Shown here piece after piece: positions 63,130 to 64,000 of a stretch of DNA of 64,000 nt. Source of the DNA: Dehalococcoidia bacterium. Lineage in GTDB: Bacteria > Chloroflexota > Dehalococcoidia > Lucifugimonadales > CAYTFF01. Positions within the stretch are counted from its first letter, which is position 1; each line of letters begins with the position of its first letter. The translations under genes and the position numbers were made by a program. Location of the stretch: NCBI GenBank assembly GCA_965249025.1, contig OZ252215.1:83209-147208 (forward strand), written 5' to 3'. The notes under the pieces were generated by a model. That model did no database searches and was not told the origin of the DNA. It was given only the letters and a program-made list of their open reading frames with translations.

Positions 63130-64000
63130 TCTCTCGGTCGTCACTGGGGCCTTTGGCTACAGTGGCAAGTACATCGCGCGGCGGTTGCTGGAACAGGGAG
63201 CAACTGTAAAGACGTTGACCCGTACTCCTACTTCCCACAGCCCCTTCGGTGATCGGGTGGAGGCTCTACCTCTGGACTTCGGCGACTTTAACGGTTTGGT
63301 GGAAAATCTTCGGGGAGCCGCCACTCTGTACAACACCTATTGGATTCGCTTCGCACGAGGCACGGTTACTCATGACGTTGCGGTTCAGAACTCCCGCATC
63401 CTGATAGGAGCGGCGGCCGAAGCCGGTGTTAGCCGCATCGTCCATATCAGCATCACCAACCCCTCGGAAGACTCGCCACTTCCTTACTTCCGGGGGAAGG
63501 CGCTGGTGGAGAAGGCAATCCACGAGTCTGGGTTGTCCTACGCCATCCTCAGACCCACGGTGCTGTTCAGCCCCGAGGATGTGCTGATAAACAACATCGC
63601 CTGGTTCCTGCGGCGGTTTCCAGCGTTCCCAATCGTAGGGTCTGGGGACTATCCGATACAGCCGGTGTTCGTAGACGACCTGGCGCAACTTGCCGTGAAT
63701 GCCGGGGCGGGAAGCGAAGATGTCGTGTTAGACGCCGTGGGTCCAGAAACATTCACGTTTGAGGAGATGGTACAGCTCATAGCTCGCCGAGTAGGCAGCC
63801 GAGCCCGGCTGATTCACGTACGGCCTTCGGTGGCGCTGCTGGCCGCCCGAATGGCGGGTTGGTTGGTGCGGGATGTGGTGCTGACCAGGGATGAAATCGA
63901 CGGACTGATGGCGGGCCATCTGGTGTCGGCTGATCCGCCCACCGCCTCCACCCGGTTCACCAAATGGTTGGAAGCCGAAGGCGCCACGTTGGGACGGCGC
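63116..64000 (+). CDS. NAD(P)H-binding SDR-family protein (NmrA-like), 3'-partial at the window edge
   Basis: Translated manually: MSRSSLSVVTGAFGYSGKYIARRLLEQGATVKTLTR...ILRPTVLF.... Rossmann motif present. GGAGG lies upstream of ATG 63116. It is not in the ORF track because no stop occurs before position 64000. Confidence 0.75.
   Translation, partial: MSRSSLSVVTGAFGYSGKYIARRLLEQGATVKTLTRTPTSHSPFGDRVEALPLDFGDFNGLVENLRGAATLYNTYWIRFARGTVTHDVAVQNSRILIGAAAEAGVSRIVHISITNPSEDSPLPYFRGKALVEKAIHESGLSYAILRPTVLFSPEDVLINNIAWFLRRFPAFPIVGSGDYPIQPVFVDDLAQLAVNAGAGSEDVVLDAVGPETFTFEEMVQLIARRVGSRARLIHVRPSVALLAARMAGWLVRDVVLTRDEIDGLMAGHLVSADPPTASTRFTKWLEAEGATLGRR

Overview
This is a 64-kb bacterial chromosomal segment with no rRNA genes, no intact tRNA and no CRISPR array. 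Hand counts of a few 60-nt lines give about 47-50% GC up to roughly 56.7 kb and about 58-63% GC after it. Gene content and the abundance of short palindromic intergenic repeats suggest a Chloroflexota-like or other Terrabacteria genome; that is an impression and cannot be verified here. The core part (1 to about 56.7 kb) is mostly housekeeping: a PPIase, hom-thrC-folE, and a GNAT plus an MshA-like GT4. A nitrogen-assimilation supercluster holds gltB, GSI glnA, GSII glnII, a decayed amt fragment and an atypical orphan OmpR-type regulator. A sulfur/cysteine cluster holds a rhodanese, an MFS transporter, a CysM-type cysteine synthase, DUF4395, a ThiF/MoeB protein and an Rrf2 regulator. The rest of the core carries L25, a thiolase plus DUF35 pair, argF-der-plsY-gpsA, hrcA-dnaJ-prmA, a surface-protein locus (a 1097-aa S-layer-like protein and a Pro/Thr-rich anchored protein), rho, pyrG, folC-fabF and dnaE. 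The most interesting signal is a 13-codon leader ORF (MCACMPHIGGAIA) with terminator/antiterminator geometry just upstream of the DUF4395-cysM operon. This looks like a classical ribosome-mediated, cysteine-sensing attenuator. Other notable points:
- A GlnR-like pseudo-receiver regulator sits beside two glutamine synthetase types.
- At least four families of interspersed MITE/REP-like repeats occur, including a 157-159 nt TIR-bounded element with a conserved 10-bp hairpin present twice in opposite orientation.
- Several decayed genes are present: amt, a LysE-family gene with a 20-bp tandem duplication, a TPP enzyme with TGA at a conserved Trp codon, an SRAP gene and an IS transposase.
- A GC-rich, probably horizontally acquired region runs from about 56.7 kb to the window end and is full of uncharacterised genes.

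All functional calls rest on recognising motifs by eye. No database search or folding calculation was run.
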